Source: Bigelowiella natans CCMP2755
Lineage: Eukaryota; Protista; Cercozoa
Assembly (NCBI GenBank): GCA_000320545.1
Contig: ADNK01001088.1
Location: forward strand, 132,070-196,069
Direction of reading: 5' to 3'
DNA: 64,000 nucleotides
Shown here piece by piece: positions 1 to 12,395 of this stretch. A model generated the notes under the pieces. The model saw only the letters and a program-made list of their open reading frames with translations. It was not told where the DNA came from and did no database searches. Made by a program: the position numbers and the translations under genes. Within the stretch, counting starts at the first letter, position 1. Each line of letters starts with the position of its first letter.

Positions 1-2897
1 TCGAGCAAGCCCAGGGCAGTTATCCCGAGATGAAACCGATTGTGACAAATCGATGTTGATTTTGATCTCTTTCCTACTCCTTGCTCTGGTCCTTCTCTTG
101 CTCTCCCTTTCGATCTTGGGGCCGCTGCTTGGAAGGTGCCAATGCAAGTGCCGAACCATTTGAGACGTTCCTGCAAAAGGGATGGGGGATAAAAATGAGG
201 GCGGAAACTGGGAGAGACAAGTAGAAAAAGAGAACCATCATGGGAACAAGAATGGCAACCACACAGAATGCGCGTCTGCTCTCACTCTCTGTTGCATCGT
301 ACCTTTTGAATCCTACTCGCGGTTTCGGCCAGAGACTTTTTGGAGTAGCAGACTCTGCTAACGATGTGTCCACTGCCTGCTGTGTTTGTTGTAGTATCGT
401 CGTCACATCTACTTGGATCCACATCCACAGCGTAGATGTCGTATTCCTCTCTCGCCTATGGTAGTACACGATGCATGCATGCAGCATAGGAAGAATGCTC
501 AACAGCGAAAAATGGTTTCGTGCGTATGTATATCGATTTAGTTCTATGAAGCAACGTATTGTCAGAGCAGCCTCTACCATAACAGGAAAACCAGGATGAT
601 GATAATCAAGTATGAGGAGAAATATATCGCTACAATATGGCATCATCGTTGTCAGCTGTTGCACGAAATGTGGATGGTTGAACGACAACAAGACAAGTTA
701 CCATCGAGCAGTCAAAAGAGCGACTACAATATCTGCTGAGCGCGTTCGAAACCTGAGTTCTTTCATCGTGATCTAATAGACGAAACGAATCGGATACATG
801 GGGCTCAACGCGTTTCTTTGTCTGTCGTTGTCTCTTCCTTTTCTTCCTCTTACTGCGTTCCTCCTGCGTCTTTGCAAGCTCGTAAGCATTCCCCTCGTTT
901 GATATCTTCCGCAATTTCGCAATGAAGAAACCGTCTGTCCCGTGTTCGTGGGGGTACAGGCGGCGGGCATGCGCCATGCATGCTGAAAATCGTCGGGAGG
1001 ATGACCCGCATCGTTTGACACCTCGGCTACCAAAGGGGAAAGAAGAGATCGAAATAACCTGGTAGTCAAGTACCTCTTCTTAATTTAGGGGGGGCGCGAT
1101 GAAAACTACAACAAAAAATACTACAAGCTACTACTACAATAACAATGACAACAACAACAACTATTACTACCACATATGATGATTTAGCAGGAAACATTTT
1201 CTTAATGTCTTTTGTCAGTATCCATGACCGTCGCATATGCCCCCCCCCCCCCCCACACACACACAACCTTAACATCCCTTTTCGAAAGGAGGGCTTCAAT
1301 CACTTCTTCATTCTCCTTTACCGTTATTGAGCACGTCGAATAGACCATTTCTCTGCAAAAAAATCGTAGCAACACACCATTGAGCAGATAGTCTCTCAGA
1401 GAAGGAAAAAGGCCGAAATCTTACTTAATATGACATTGGCGCGGAACAGAACTCATCGGTATTTATATCGTTCATAGCTGCCCCCTCCCTCCCCCTCCTC
1501 CTCCTCAATCAATTGGCTGCTCTCTTTCAACTTATGATGTATGACCCTCCAGGTCTCAAGGCATCGACCGCTGCAACGATTAACTCCTTTTGTACTTGAG
1601 AAGATCGCTGGATATCGTGCGGGGTTCGCTTGCTCCTGGCCGAGACATCTCGAGACAAAATCCCAGTCCCAGAACAGGGGGCGTCTAGAAGCACTTTGTC
1701 GAACACCATTCGATGATGAGGATGATGATGATGATGCTGCGAAGGGTATTGGAGATTCTTTGTGCCATCAAACGATGTGACGATGCAGTTCGTTAACCCC
1801 AATCGGTGGATGTTGCATGTCAAAGCTGGGATACGCCGTACACTTGCATCGTTGACAATGAGAGTGCCCGTGTCCTTCATGAGACTTGCCAACTGCGTCG
1901 CTTTGCCTCCAGGAGCGGCACATAAATCTAATACCTGCATGCGATTTTTGCAACAGATTGGTTCTTCTCAACAGCGGTCTCTTCATGACGTTCAATGAGC
2001 AGCATCACCGCAATCACCACCCATTCATTCATTCATGCCAATGTATCACTGTCACTGCATACTATATCGCCAGGTTTTGGTTGGAGAGCCAGAGCTGGAA
2101 GCACCGAAGCAGCCCCTTGAAGCATGTAATGTCCGCACAGGTACTCAGGAGACGCTCCTAAGGGAATTGGCGGTTTCTTCGTAGTTGTCAACAATCCAGA
2201 CTCTCGAGGAAACTCGTTGCTGATGTTTAGATCAAACTTGACACCGCGTAATTCTAACGTCCGACGAAGACTCTCAGCCGACGTTTTCAGCTGATTTGTG
2301 CGGATGGTCAATGGCATGGGTTTGGTGTTGACCTATAAAATGATAGATCAATTTCAGTGCGTGTCAGTCTTGCTGCTGCTGCAACAGCAGTAGGGATTGC
2401 AGCAAGGTTTATTTAATTACGTGGAGAAAGTCCACAAGCTTTTTGGGTCCGAGGAGATCGAGGAAGCCAGTTACAAGGGACTGCAGATACCCAAACCCCC
2501 TAGCCAATTCGCGAATGAGTTGCTCGTGCAACTGTTCGCGCATCAATGGCTGCTGTCCATTTTCTTGGGATGTGATCCAGCACCGGGATCCAGTGAGATT
2601 GTGAAGAATTCGGTACGCATTTTTTACCGCCGTGATATTCGCGATCCTTTTAGATGATGGGCCTTGGTTCTTCGGGAAGACATCGCGAATGTTTGACCGG
2701 ATACGAGATTTCAAGCGTTTTGGGGTATTGAATTGGCGGACATTTTGGGCTCGGCGTGTCGAAGAGTCATGGCGATTACTGCCCTTGAGGAGAAGACTAC
2801 GTTGATAATCCTCAGCGGCGACGGCGACGGACGCGGCTGCAGGAAAGAGAATGATGAAGGCCCTCGTTGAAAACATGTTGGCCGGCCCAGCTGCCAT
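1..2897 (-). CDS. NOP2: NOP2/NSUN1-family rRNA m5C methyltransferase fused to a C-terminal NIP7-like domain, with N-terminal signal-peptide-like leader; 3' end lies outside the window
   Basis: Phase-consistent GT-AG exons 2897-2421, 2332-2063, 1934-1546, 1352-1268, 1058-702, 455-303, 170-<1. NOP2 motifs: PLTIRTNQLK, GASPEYLCGHYMLQGAASVLP, VLDLCAAPGGK, FDKVLLDAPCSGTG, MVYSTCS, RRLYPHEHGTDGFFIAKLRK. NIP7-like motifs follow in frame: FRLLDHDERTQVSNALSRY, RVCYSKKSLAETASRI, LKWFGTCIGTF, RFHLGITALGLL. Confidence 0.9.
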
Positions 2898-3724
2898 GCT
2901 CTGCCTCGCTCAATCCAGGGGCATCCCTATTGTCTGTGCCAGGATGCGAAAGCTACCAGCGAGAGGGCAGTGGCAACTTCGGAGAACGCTTGCATTTTCG
3001 GAATGCTCGAGAGAGAGGGAGGGGCAGCAACCGTGTGAGGTGAACCAACGATATAGTAATATCCTGTTTATCTTAGATATTTGACGCACTAAAATATGTC
3101 TAAAATTATATCCTGAAGAACCTTTTTTTGCTGGAATTCTATCAGCGGAATATCCCACATTGCAGCCGCATTTCACGTTTGCAATCAGTCAGACTCCAGC
3201 GGCCTGCTAGCGGAGATCGACGAGGCAGAGTTACCTCCTATATTTACCGAAAATGAGCACATGTTATTGTCGCAGAGATATTTCGGCAAGAGATTCCATA
3301 ACGGGCCAAAGTTGCTTTGGAACACAATACGGCTGCGCGAACTCGCTGACGCAAGAGAATTTCAAACCCAGTAGTCCAAATAATACTTTTGGAAAGAAGC
3401 TTTTTCCATCATCTTTTGACAACATATTATTGTCGCTAATATTATATCGATCCTGTTATTAAGTCGTTAAGACGTTGATCAGCCTTAGTAGATCTTATAA
3501 CAGAGAGCGGCCTGTGGTTCTGGTAGGGGATAAACAACATAAGGGATTTACGTGTGTGCGCCCCTTTCTCGCCTGTCGAACGAAGACCTAGTCGATTTGT
3601 CAGTGAGATTAGATTAACTGCAGGGGGTACAGCCGCCTTGGAAGAGAGAAAAACAGCCTTCTAGCTCGAGCTTCTCGACGGTTCATCCTCATCATCTTCG
3701 ATACCGCTGAGAAGAATAAGTGAG

Positions 3725-4831
3725 ATGCTTATCGTCAAATTTGGGCTTCTCGTAGCATCTTTACTTGGCAGTAGCGTGAATGCTGAGGGAAATTCGAAGC
3801 ACTCAATTCTCCCAGCGTTCAAGTGGGCCCAGAGCCCCGATGACGTCCACCTCTACATCAAGTTCGCGCACAAGGTTTGGTTGTGAACGGCTGCTTACAT
3901 ACTACGCATATATATCCATTTTTTTGCCACTCTGCTGTATAAAAATGAAAAACTTCTTGTGTAGATCCTAAAGCAATAATCATGAATTGTGGTGGTCAGA
4001 TCGACGCCCCAGCGTACAACAACTTCGCGAAATCGAACGTGAAAGTGGAGATCACCGAGGTTCAGCGAGGCATAAAATACACCTAATCATCTCATTTTGC
4101 ATTGCTACAGACAAGAATTCTTATGGTTGTTGACAACAATGGGATGTGCTGCTTCTGAACAGAAATCTATCTCGATGGTGGCGTCGAACGACGAAAAGCA
4201 ATTCGAGCTCGAGTTGGAGTTATTTAAGAATATTGACCCCGAGGCCTCAACGTATAGCGTGCATACTTTTGGAGTTTCCTTTGTGCTACGAAAAGTGGAC
4301 AAGGTAATGAAAATCGAATATTTGCCATATAGATTACAAATAATAAAACACGCTGACAGTAACAGTATTGCTCTTCCCCCATCCCCCCCCCCACTGCTTC
4401 CAAGGTATGGAAACGGTTGCTCAAGGACCCAACGTTGAAGCCGAGAAATATGCATTTATGGTATATTTTTGAATTAATAAAATATGGATAGTATAGATCC
4501 CCTTCAGAAATGGAATTATCTGCGTGTGACTTCATCAACCGTGTAGGTGGGAGCTGTACGATAAGTACCAAGACGAGATGGAGAAACTTCAGGTACATTC
4601 TATTTATTGTGCCTTTTCCTCTTACACAAAAGGACAATCAGCCAGGATCGGCCTCTGAAAATATCTATGCTTGCTCTGCATCAAATAAATGATATCTAAT
4701 TCACAAGGCCGAAGCCGAGTCCGAATCGAAGGACAACAAGAAATGGTGGAAGAGGTTCGATCATAAATGCGAAGCGTGCCACACTATGGTAGTAGTCGTA
4801 GTTGTAGTAGTAGTAGTAGTTGTAGCAGCAC

Positions 4832-4870
<39 letters not shown>

Positions 4871-7854
4871 TAGTAGTAGTAGATGTAACGGCAAGAGTAG
4901 CAGCACCGGTAGTAATGCAAGGAATAGATTTATACAGACACGCATTACTACAGCGACATTGCCACATCCTTGTGGATTCTGAATAGTAAATGCGAGAGAG
5001 TGCTGAGAACATCGGAAGGAATAGAAAATGAACAGCTATGGCAATAGGAATAAAACTAAGCAGCTAATAGTGACCATCCGCAGGTCGAGGAAGCAGCCTT
5101 TAGCGATCAAGCAATACAGAGGCTGAAGAAAGCTCTTCACACTGAGGTGAGTAGTCATTTGTGAAAAGAGGCACTGTCTTCTTCCTTCCGCGCACGCAAA
5201 CAAACAGTAGTGTCTAAACAGCTTCCACTACCATTAGATGGACCGTGCGGCTGCAGAGGAGGCGCAGAAGGCAGCTGAAAAGGCCAAGAAAGCAGCTGAG
5301 GAAGCTAAAGCGAAGGAAGAAAATGAGACAGAAGGTCTAGTCTAGCTAATCATAAGAAAGTCGATGTCATTTCTATCGTCCTCTTATGTTTAAACTTTCT
5401 CAATCACTTAGAAGCTGGATCTGAAGAGAACAGCGATGATGACGACGGCAAGGAGGAAGAAGACGATGAAAAGGCCAAAAAGAATAAGAAACTCAAACAG
5501 AGTAAGTTGTCCAAAATTCAAGTGATATTGTGGGCGAAAGAAATCCCCGCTGTTCACTTAATCTCTGCATTTCTCGAATACACTGTTTGTGTCGAAGCTG
5601 GTTGAATGATATATTTGAATTGAGGGTGTCTCACAAGCAGTCTTCTTCCCTATTCACAGCGGTGAAAGTGGCTGGATCTGTCGTGAAAAAGGTAAATGAG
5701 TTAACTTGAAAAGGGAGAAGTAGTAGTGTGTATCTTCATTATCTCGATATTTGACGTGAGAAACGACCTTTCTCATAGATTCTTGCCGTCCTATTTAGCT
5801 ATCAATTCCCTACTACATTTGATACAGAATCTTGCTGAACTGAAGAATAATATGAATAGGTTTGCGAACACTACAATAGCGACGTGATCTCAACGCCATT
5901 CAAGAAAGCTTGCAAGAAGGTCCATGTTGTTCATTGTTGTTTCTCCGTGCTATATTTCCTTGCAGGCCACAGATGCCATAGAATCGATGATTCAATCTCT
6001 GATTTCGTTCATCATCGTTGTGATTTGATTTGGCAGTTAAGAAAGAAAAGGGACATTAAAAAGCAAGTGGTCATCACAATGGGTGGGATAGATAATACAT
6101 GATGATGCACATTTTCCGTTGACAGACAGCGATGCTGCTGCTTTCGAATTGATGATAGGAATTGAAACACCTGCAACAACAAAACAATAACGCTAGCACT
6201 AGCCAGTTGGAAGTGCATAGAATAGAGAGTGCCTTCAAAATGATTTCATACCAAAGCTAGCCTGCAGCTTTAGGACACCATTCTCTCTTGGTGTTTGAAT
6301 ATACAAACAACTGAGAGGCTGCTGCTTCTGCCATGCTATAACCATTACCTACGATTTGTTACATTGTGTGTTGTTGTTGTTGTTGTTGTTGTTGTTGTGT
6401 TGTCCACTCTTGCTGTTGGCAACGTACGTCTGTCAGGGGTTGTATTGGAAATGATTCGGAAGGACGAAGAAATGAACCCGTCAGCTCTCAAACCCGGATT
6501 TATCGCCAACCACACGGAAAGGTAGTAAGTAGTAGTAGTAGTAGTAGTAGTAGTAGCTGTTGTTGTTGCTGCTATTGCTGTTGTGTATGCAGCCAGCGGC
6601 ACCACGTAGTAGCTCAATTCGTCTTGCACCGTGGCAAGGAACGATTGCTTATGTTAATATTGTTGTTGTTGTTGCTGCTGCTGCTGCGAACTTGAAAGAA
6701 ATAATGAGGTGATGAGCTTGCAGTAGTAGCGCTCCAAGGAAGTATTTTTTAAGTCCACGTTCTCCATGGAGAGACCAGCAGCCATAAGAGAGACGACTCA
6801 TATTAAAACGGATTGCTAAATAGCGCCCTGAGAAACTCACTACCATTGACTGAATCAAATGTGACCGAATCTCATTGACTCGATTTGCATTGGTTTCGGT
6901 TTGAATTATCAGGAGTTGCAGCTCCGTGTGTCCCCGCTCTCCGAAGAAGATAAGTTCCTGCAAGGCTTGCAACACAGTCATGAACTCCATCCATGGTTAT
7001 GTGCATGCAAACTAAAAGCTTATGACGTCAACGAGCATGCGTGGTTGCTGTCATCGCTGCTACGACTCCTCTCAATATCTTCTTCTCTATCGTTTTGGTT
7101 GCCTCTCCTCTCCCCGTCTGAATTGTTCTCCACATGTAATAATCAGCTCATGTAGTCAAGCACAAGCAGAAGCTGTCGAAAGAGCAGCTCGTTGACGGCA
7201 CATGCGAGCGCGTCTTGGGCAGGATGCCCTCTATCGAGGAGGAAGACTATGAAAGCGTTTCGTACATTTGCAACCAGTAGGACTTTGTAGCTCTCCCTCT
7301 CCCTCTCTCTCTCGTTCTCTCTCGTTCTCTCGCTTTCTCACCACAGCTTAATCATCACTGCCAATCCACAAACAGGATAGTTCGTTGGCAAGATAAGGAA
7401 ATCGTCCATATAGTGAGAGAGACACCGCAGGTGTGAAGGATAATGACAGCACTTATTTCCACCTCAAGCATGCTATTTCGACTTTTCGGCGGAAGGGCGA
7501 AGACTTTCGCATATTGTGATTAATTGCCGCTGTTTGTTCTTCTTTGGTATGCATGCAGTCGGAGAGACGAAAGGCCTTAGGAAACCTATGCTACAAGCTG
7601 AAGTTCTGTCAGAAGGTCGTGCGTTTTCATTGGTTTCTTGTTTGTGTGGGGATGTAGGTGACTATTCACAATTATGCTCACGATGTGGTTTCGGCGGTGT
7701 ACCTTGCATGGTGCTCCATGTTTCCATATTACAGAAGAAAAAATCAAAAAAGAAAAAGTCTTCCGCTGACACGGAAGAGAAAACCAAGCCATCCCAAGGC
7801 TTAGAGAAAGTTACGGAGGGAAAAGGGAAAAACAGTGTCTCTGATGAATTATAA
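3725..7854 (+). CDS. ER-resident protein: signal peptide + CS (p23-like) domain + two saposin-like (canopy-like) domains + Lys-rich tail + SDEL (~480 aa)
   Basis: 18 phase-consistent exons: 3725-3874, 4000-4059, 4163-4303, 4405-4460, 4547-4592, 4708-4788, 5084-5146, 5238-5334, 5412-5501, 5660-5691, 5860-5919, 6037-6082, 6437-6521, 6913-6995, 7156-7276, 7376-7430, 7559-7615, 7735-7854. Signal peptide MLIVKFGLLVASLLGSSVNA. CS motifs PAFKWAQSPDDVHLYIKF and WKRLLK. Two 6-Cys patterns (CEAC..C..C..CSSVC; CKAC..C..C..CYKLKFC). Ends VSDEL-stop. Confidence 0.8.
4789..4882. repeat. Compound intronic microsatellite (GTA)n/(GCA)n; representative of dozens in the window
   Basis: Directly visible. Similar (TA)n, (CA)n, (GA)n, (GAT)n, (GAA)n and (GTT)n tracts occur throughout introns. 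Confidence 0.95.
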
Positions 7855-8645
7855 TTGTTTTATGTGCATTCGTATGCTCGCATGTATTTCAAAAACCTTA
7901 CCTGCTCACAACATAGCGAAGAACGTACTAGTGACTTGTTGGAGCTTCGTTCGAATTTCGCGAATCATCACAGTGCTAACAATGCACTAGTGCATTGCGG
8001 CTAAAAGGTGGTGGCAGTGGATATATCGCGTGCATGTCATATAATATGCAGCAGATATCTGCTGCTTGCGCTTTACGCTATTATTGCGCGAATGTACGTC
8101 ACACGCCGAAAACGTAAAATTAGTACGTGCCGTGCATCACTGACTGATCATGCATATATACCCATCTACATTGCAAGTTAAATTTGTTGCAACAAGCAGT
8201 AGCAGCACATCGAGCCAGCTGTTTAGTCATCCATGCAATTGTATCAAATTGCAACATGCGACGAAGTCTTCAGAAAGCGGATGCATTCTTGGAAGAAGAC
8301 CGTTCGTAACAATTCTGGTCTCATTTGAGCGTTTTTTTTGGCGTTACGTACAACTCCGCTGCTGTCCACATTGCGCACGTGCTGTTGCTTAAAGTCGCAA
8401 GCCACATGTATAATACTAGAACATTCTAATGTTCAACCAAAGCACTGTTACGATATTCAAAAATGTATGAGCATTATGGGCTTTCCTCAAATATATATCG
8501 GAGCAGAACTATTCAGACACAACAGTATACTACTGTCTCATCATGTACTACTACAGTACACTCCATGTTTGAAAAAGAGTACCTACTCCTTCCAACAATT
8601 CGCATGCTTTGCAACAACGTTATGGCCGCAACATCTCGCTATAAG

Positions 8646-8822
8646 TTACATAGCAGGATTTCCAGTATTTGCAGCCTTCTTCATCAATGGCATCATGTCA
8701 ACCTACATATTCATTTTACAGATGAAAATCTCATTGTTTCGTCCTCTCTGTCTCTCTGTCTCTCTCTATTCCTCAGGCCTCTCTTTCTTTTGTGGATATT
8801 GACTTGAGATCTGGTAGCTCCG

Positions 8823-8853
<31 letters not shown>

Positions 8854-10003
8854 TATTATCATCGATGTCATCATTATCATGTGTTTTGTATGTGTGCAGC
8901 AGCACAGACCGGCACAGGGAAAATGATAGTGGAGTTCTTCTCTGCAGAGACTTGGGTTAGGGTGTGCAGGTATCTGTTTGGAAGAAGAAGAAGAGGAGGA
9001 AGAAGAGGAAGAACTAAGGCCATGACGGAGAGTACAAAATGAATGCAGGTTCCACTTCCACCACAGCCAATAAGCACCATTTGTTCGTCATCTTCGTCAG
9101 CACCACCGTTACTATGATCTTGGTCATGATCATCATCATCATCATCATCATGGGTTGTGTATCGTTACTACTACTACCTCAGTTGGATGCTCAGGGGATC
9201 CTCCTGCAGCGTTTGGGCAGCTCTCTGAAGAAGCTTGGAAGCTTGGACCTCGCCTTCTGCGCTGATAACCTAATACATAGTCACCACCGTAAGAAGTCTT
9301 CACAAAGGAATTCAATGTTGTTGCACCCCCCCCCCCCCCCACCCCCCGTCTTCCTTTTCTGCCTCGTCTTTCAAATTTAGTACGTTTCAGGAAGAACCTT
9401 TCCTCGGCGAGTGCGCTCGCTCTCTGCCTGTGACGCCATCGCACGTTGCATGGACTACGAACGTAATTTACATCACCCACACAGAAAAGGAGGAGAAGGC
9501 GGAGGAGGAGGAGTAGAGCCAACATGCGTATTCGATGTGAGATGGCCGATATCATTTGGTATTTTCTCACCTACTGGTGCTACTATTCATCAATGGAATC
9601 CCCCCCCCCTATTTTGCTGCTTTACCAGAGGCAGTTTGACGTCGCTGATTTCCGTAGCAAAGATTTTCACGCCCCACACGTCCGTCTCCTTATCGACTGT
9701 TGAAGAATCATCATGGTTGAGGGGGGCAGCAGTGGTACACGACACACGTGAGTACATGACCACACGACGACGACGAGTACATGAACGCATGTATGATGGA
9801 TGATGCATGGACTTTTAAATCCAATCTTGCAAATCTCTTACGACGAGAGACAAACACAGGCGATGTTGATGTTGTCCGATGAGCTTTATGACAAGATCAC
9901 ACTGGTGTTTTCTACTCATTGCTCGAGAGTCTATTTTTTGGAATGCGAATTGTGGCGCATTGATGATGGTTGGTTGTATATTGGATCATCGTGGTTCATT
10001 GTT

Positions 10004-10043
<40 letters not shown>

Positions 10044-11320
10044 GGCTTCTTCTTCTTCTTCTTCTTCATCTTCTCACTGATTTTCTGCAGCTCCGAGTTG
10101 ATCTTGTGGCGCTGTGACAGAAGCTCGTCAAGCTCGTTGTTTCCTTTGAAAAAAGACACACAGAAGGCATAACCATAGCTATTACTTTAAAGGGCCGAGA
10201 CACAACTGCTCCAGCTACGAACGCCCCCCTATGATGTTTATATACGTTAGACCAGCAGCATAGTACCGACAACACTTCGGAGTGTAGTTTGAGCTAGTAG
10301 CTTGGTGGCGTTAATGTAATCGTCAACTTGAAGAACCATCTGATATCAGTAGGAGGAAACAAACACACGTAACGGCAGAGAAAGAAAATATTGGAGATCA
10401 TGAGATTATTCGATTTGACTTCAGTAGGTAGGAAGGCTCTCCTCTTCTTGTTCTTCTTTCCTCTCCCTTACCAAGTTGGGATCCACAACGCGAATAAACA
10501 CGACAGCATTGACAGTAGTTGTGACGGAATCCTAGATGATGGAGAAGAGGAGACTACATCAGCCCGCTCCAGAAAGAAAGGGATTTTGCAAACATTCGAA
10601 ACTCCGGGCAATCAAGAACATATCAGTAGTTTCTGCTGCAAAGTTCCAACAACTCCTCCTCACTGAAGATTCTGTTTCTACTGTTGAAGCATTCTTCTTT
10701 GACTAAACACCATACTATTCAACATGAAACAAACAAACAAATCTAGTGCGTGTTGCCTGCCCTCTTCCTCTATCCTTTATGATATGATACAAACATACTT
10801 TGGTGATCATTTCCTGAGGAGGAACATCGAGTGCTGTGATACGTAAGTCCACTTTGCGGTATCTAATGGGAGGTGGTGAGTTAAATGATGCATGGGAGAT
10901 TGAAGTTTTTGTAATGAATGACTACTCGTCCACGAATGGCAAGAAAAAGAAGATTCCAGGGCCCCTGAGTGAAGATATACAAATTGTTTGAGGGTGTGTA
11001 TATCTTAAACACGAATATATCAGTATAGTCGCAAAAGATTTGTTACTTGGCTGCTCCGCATAGCTTTCCCAGGCGAAAATGGACGGCACGTTCATAATCC
11101 CTGCATACAAATCACGTCAGCGTGGAGATAGGGAAAAAAACAGAACGTGAGCGAGGTTCGTTTGTATCTTTCCACCTCAAGATGGTGATGCACCAAAACC
11201 AACTCAATGGAATCATAGCCACCATTGTTGCGAGACCGATGAGGAGGCATCTGATAAAGAAGATATATTTATGATGAAGCTAATAAATATGATGGGCCTA
11301 TCCATGAAATAAACTATATA

Positions 11321-11361
<41 letters not shown>

Positions 11362-11736
11362 TGTGTGTGGGGGTATGTAAATATATAGTATCTGAAATGA
11401 TTCTCCACATATTTAATAAGTAGGCGCAATCAACTATCCTCCTCTGTACAGAATATCTCACCTGGCAAACTTTGACAGACATCCTTCCGATTGCGAATTT
11501 TCCTATTGGGAGTGGTTAGAAAAACGTCGAATTATGAAATGGGACCCCTCTAAGCAATACTATCGGAGGGAGAGCCGCTATCACAGCACCAAAATGTGGA
11601 GTGGAAAAGATTCGAAGTAGTAACTTACGATGTTTTCGTAGACCGTGTTGGCATTCACTTTTCTTTCATCGCCAACGTTCGAGTTTCCGATTTCACCAGC
11701 TTTACTATCCGCAGGATGATTCAAAGGCGTAGACAT
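8646..11736 (-). CDS. Stomatin / band-7 (SPFH) family membrane protein
   Basis: Exon peptides GPGIFFFLPFVD, YRKVDLRITALDVPPQEMITK, NATKLLAQTTLRSVVG, ELDELLSQRHKIN, WGVKIFATEISDVKLP, LRYLHTLTQVSAEKNSTIIFPVP|VDMMP. Start ATG 11736 (MSTPLN) is a best guess. Confidence 0.88.
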
Positions 11737-12022
11737 GCTGGGGTCTGTTCCGGGGAGATGAGCGGGGGTGGGGGAGATTCTCGCGTGCACGCCGGGCGAG
11801 GTTGATTCACTGACTTTGCTTGCGACGACAACGTTACTTCTTTCAGCAGCAGGCCCAGCAATATCTTAGCATTTATGCGATATTTACCTTGTCGTAGGTA
11901 AAAAATCGAAGCAATTCTCGAAGATTCCTTCGATTTGCTCCCTCCCGGACGAAGAGTGTGTGGGTGAGGAGGGGGAGGAACGAATGCACGCGATGACAGA
12001 GCACGGAGAATGAACCGCAAAA

Positions 12023-12395
12023 ATGTCGAAGAGGCCGAGAAATAAGACGAGGGATTTCCAAGGATACCTGGATGAATCCATTGAAATCTTGGAGAAGGTG
12101 GTCTCCAAACTGAAACATGGAGGCAAGCAACTCGAGAAAGCCCGAGCATGCTGCATGGCGGAGATCATGCAACTGGAGGTAATTTGCATGCATAATTTCG
12201 ACCAACGATGTTTTCAGTTTTAAATTCTGCTCTCTATGTCTAATCTCTACTCTAACCTTCCAGGAAGAAATTAAATGGATGGAGGATAAATTATCATGCA
12301 AAGAATCCGGGGAAGACTTCTTAATACAAGATGAAATCGACGAACACATTGTAATTAAAAAAATAAGACTTGTTGAAATTAAAGATTTGGACTGA
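12023..12395 (+). CDS. Small (~95 aa) coiled-coil hypothetical protein, two exons
   Basis: Exon 12023-12178, GT-AG intron, exon 12264-12395 in frame (…AEIMQLE|EEIKWMEDKL…KDLD*). Divergent from stomatin. Confidence 0.6.

Noticed and set aside
74-691. 205-aa ORF on the minus strand
   Set aside because: It is an off-frame overlay of NOP2-NIP7 exons and introns; the spliced frame carries recognisable NIP7 motifs.
1353-1545. Intronic C/D snoRNA in the NOP2 intron
   Set aside because: Only a poor C box, and no rRNA complementarity that I could identify.
4696-5012. Poly-Cys/Tyr/Val/Ser/Thr ORFs here and at many other sites
   Set aside because: Translations of intronic trinucleotide microsatellites.
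5860-5879. Apparent 20-nt nucleomorph-style GT-AG mini-intron
   Set aside because: Using 5860 as an exon start gives VCEHYN, which supplies a required saposin cysteine in frame, so no mini-intron is needed.
5966-5981. Early stop that would end the p23 gene
   Set aside because: Downstream exons splice with consistent phase and complete both 6-Cys units and SDEL.
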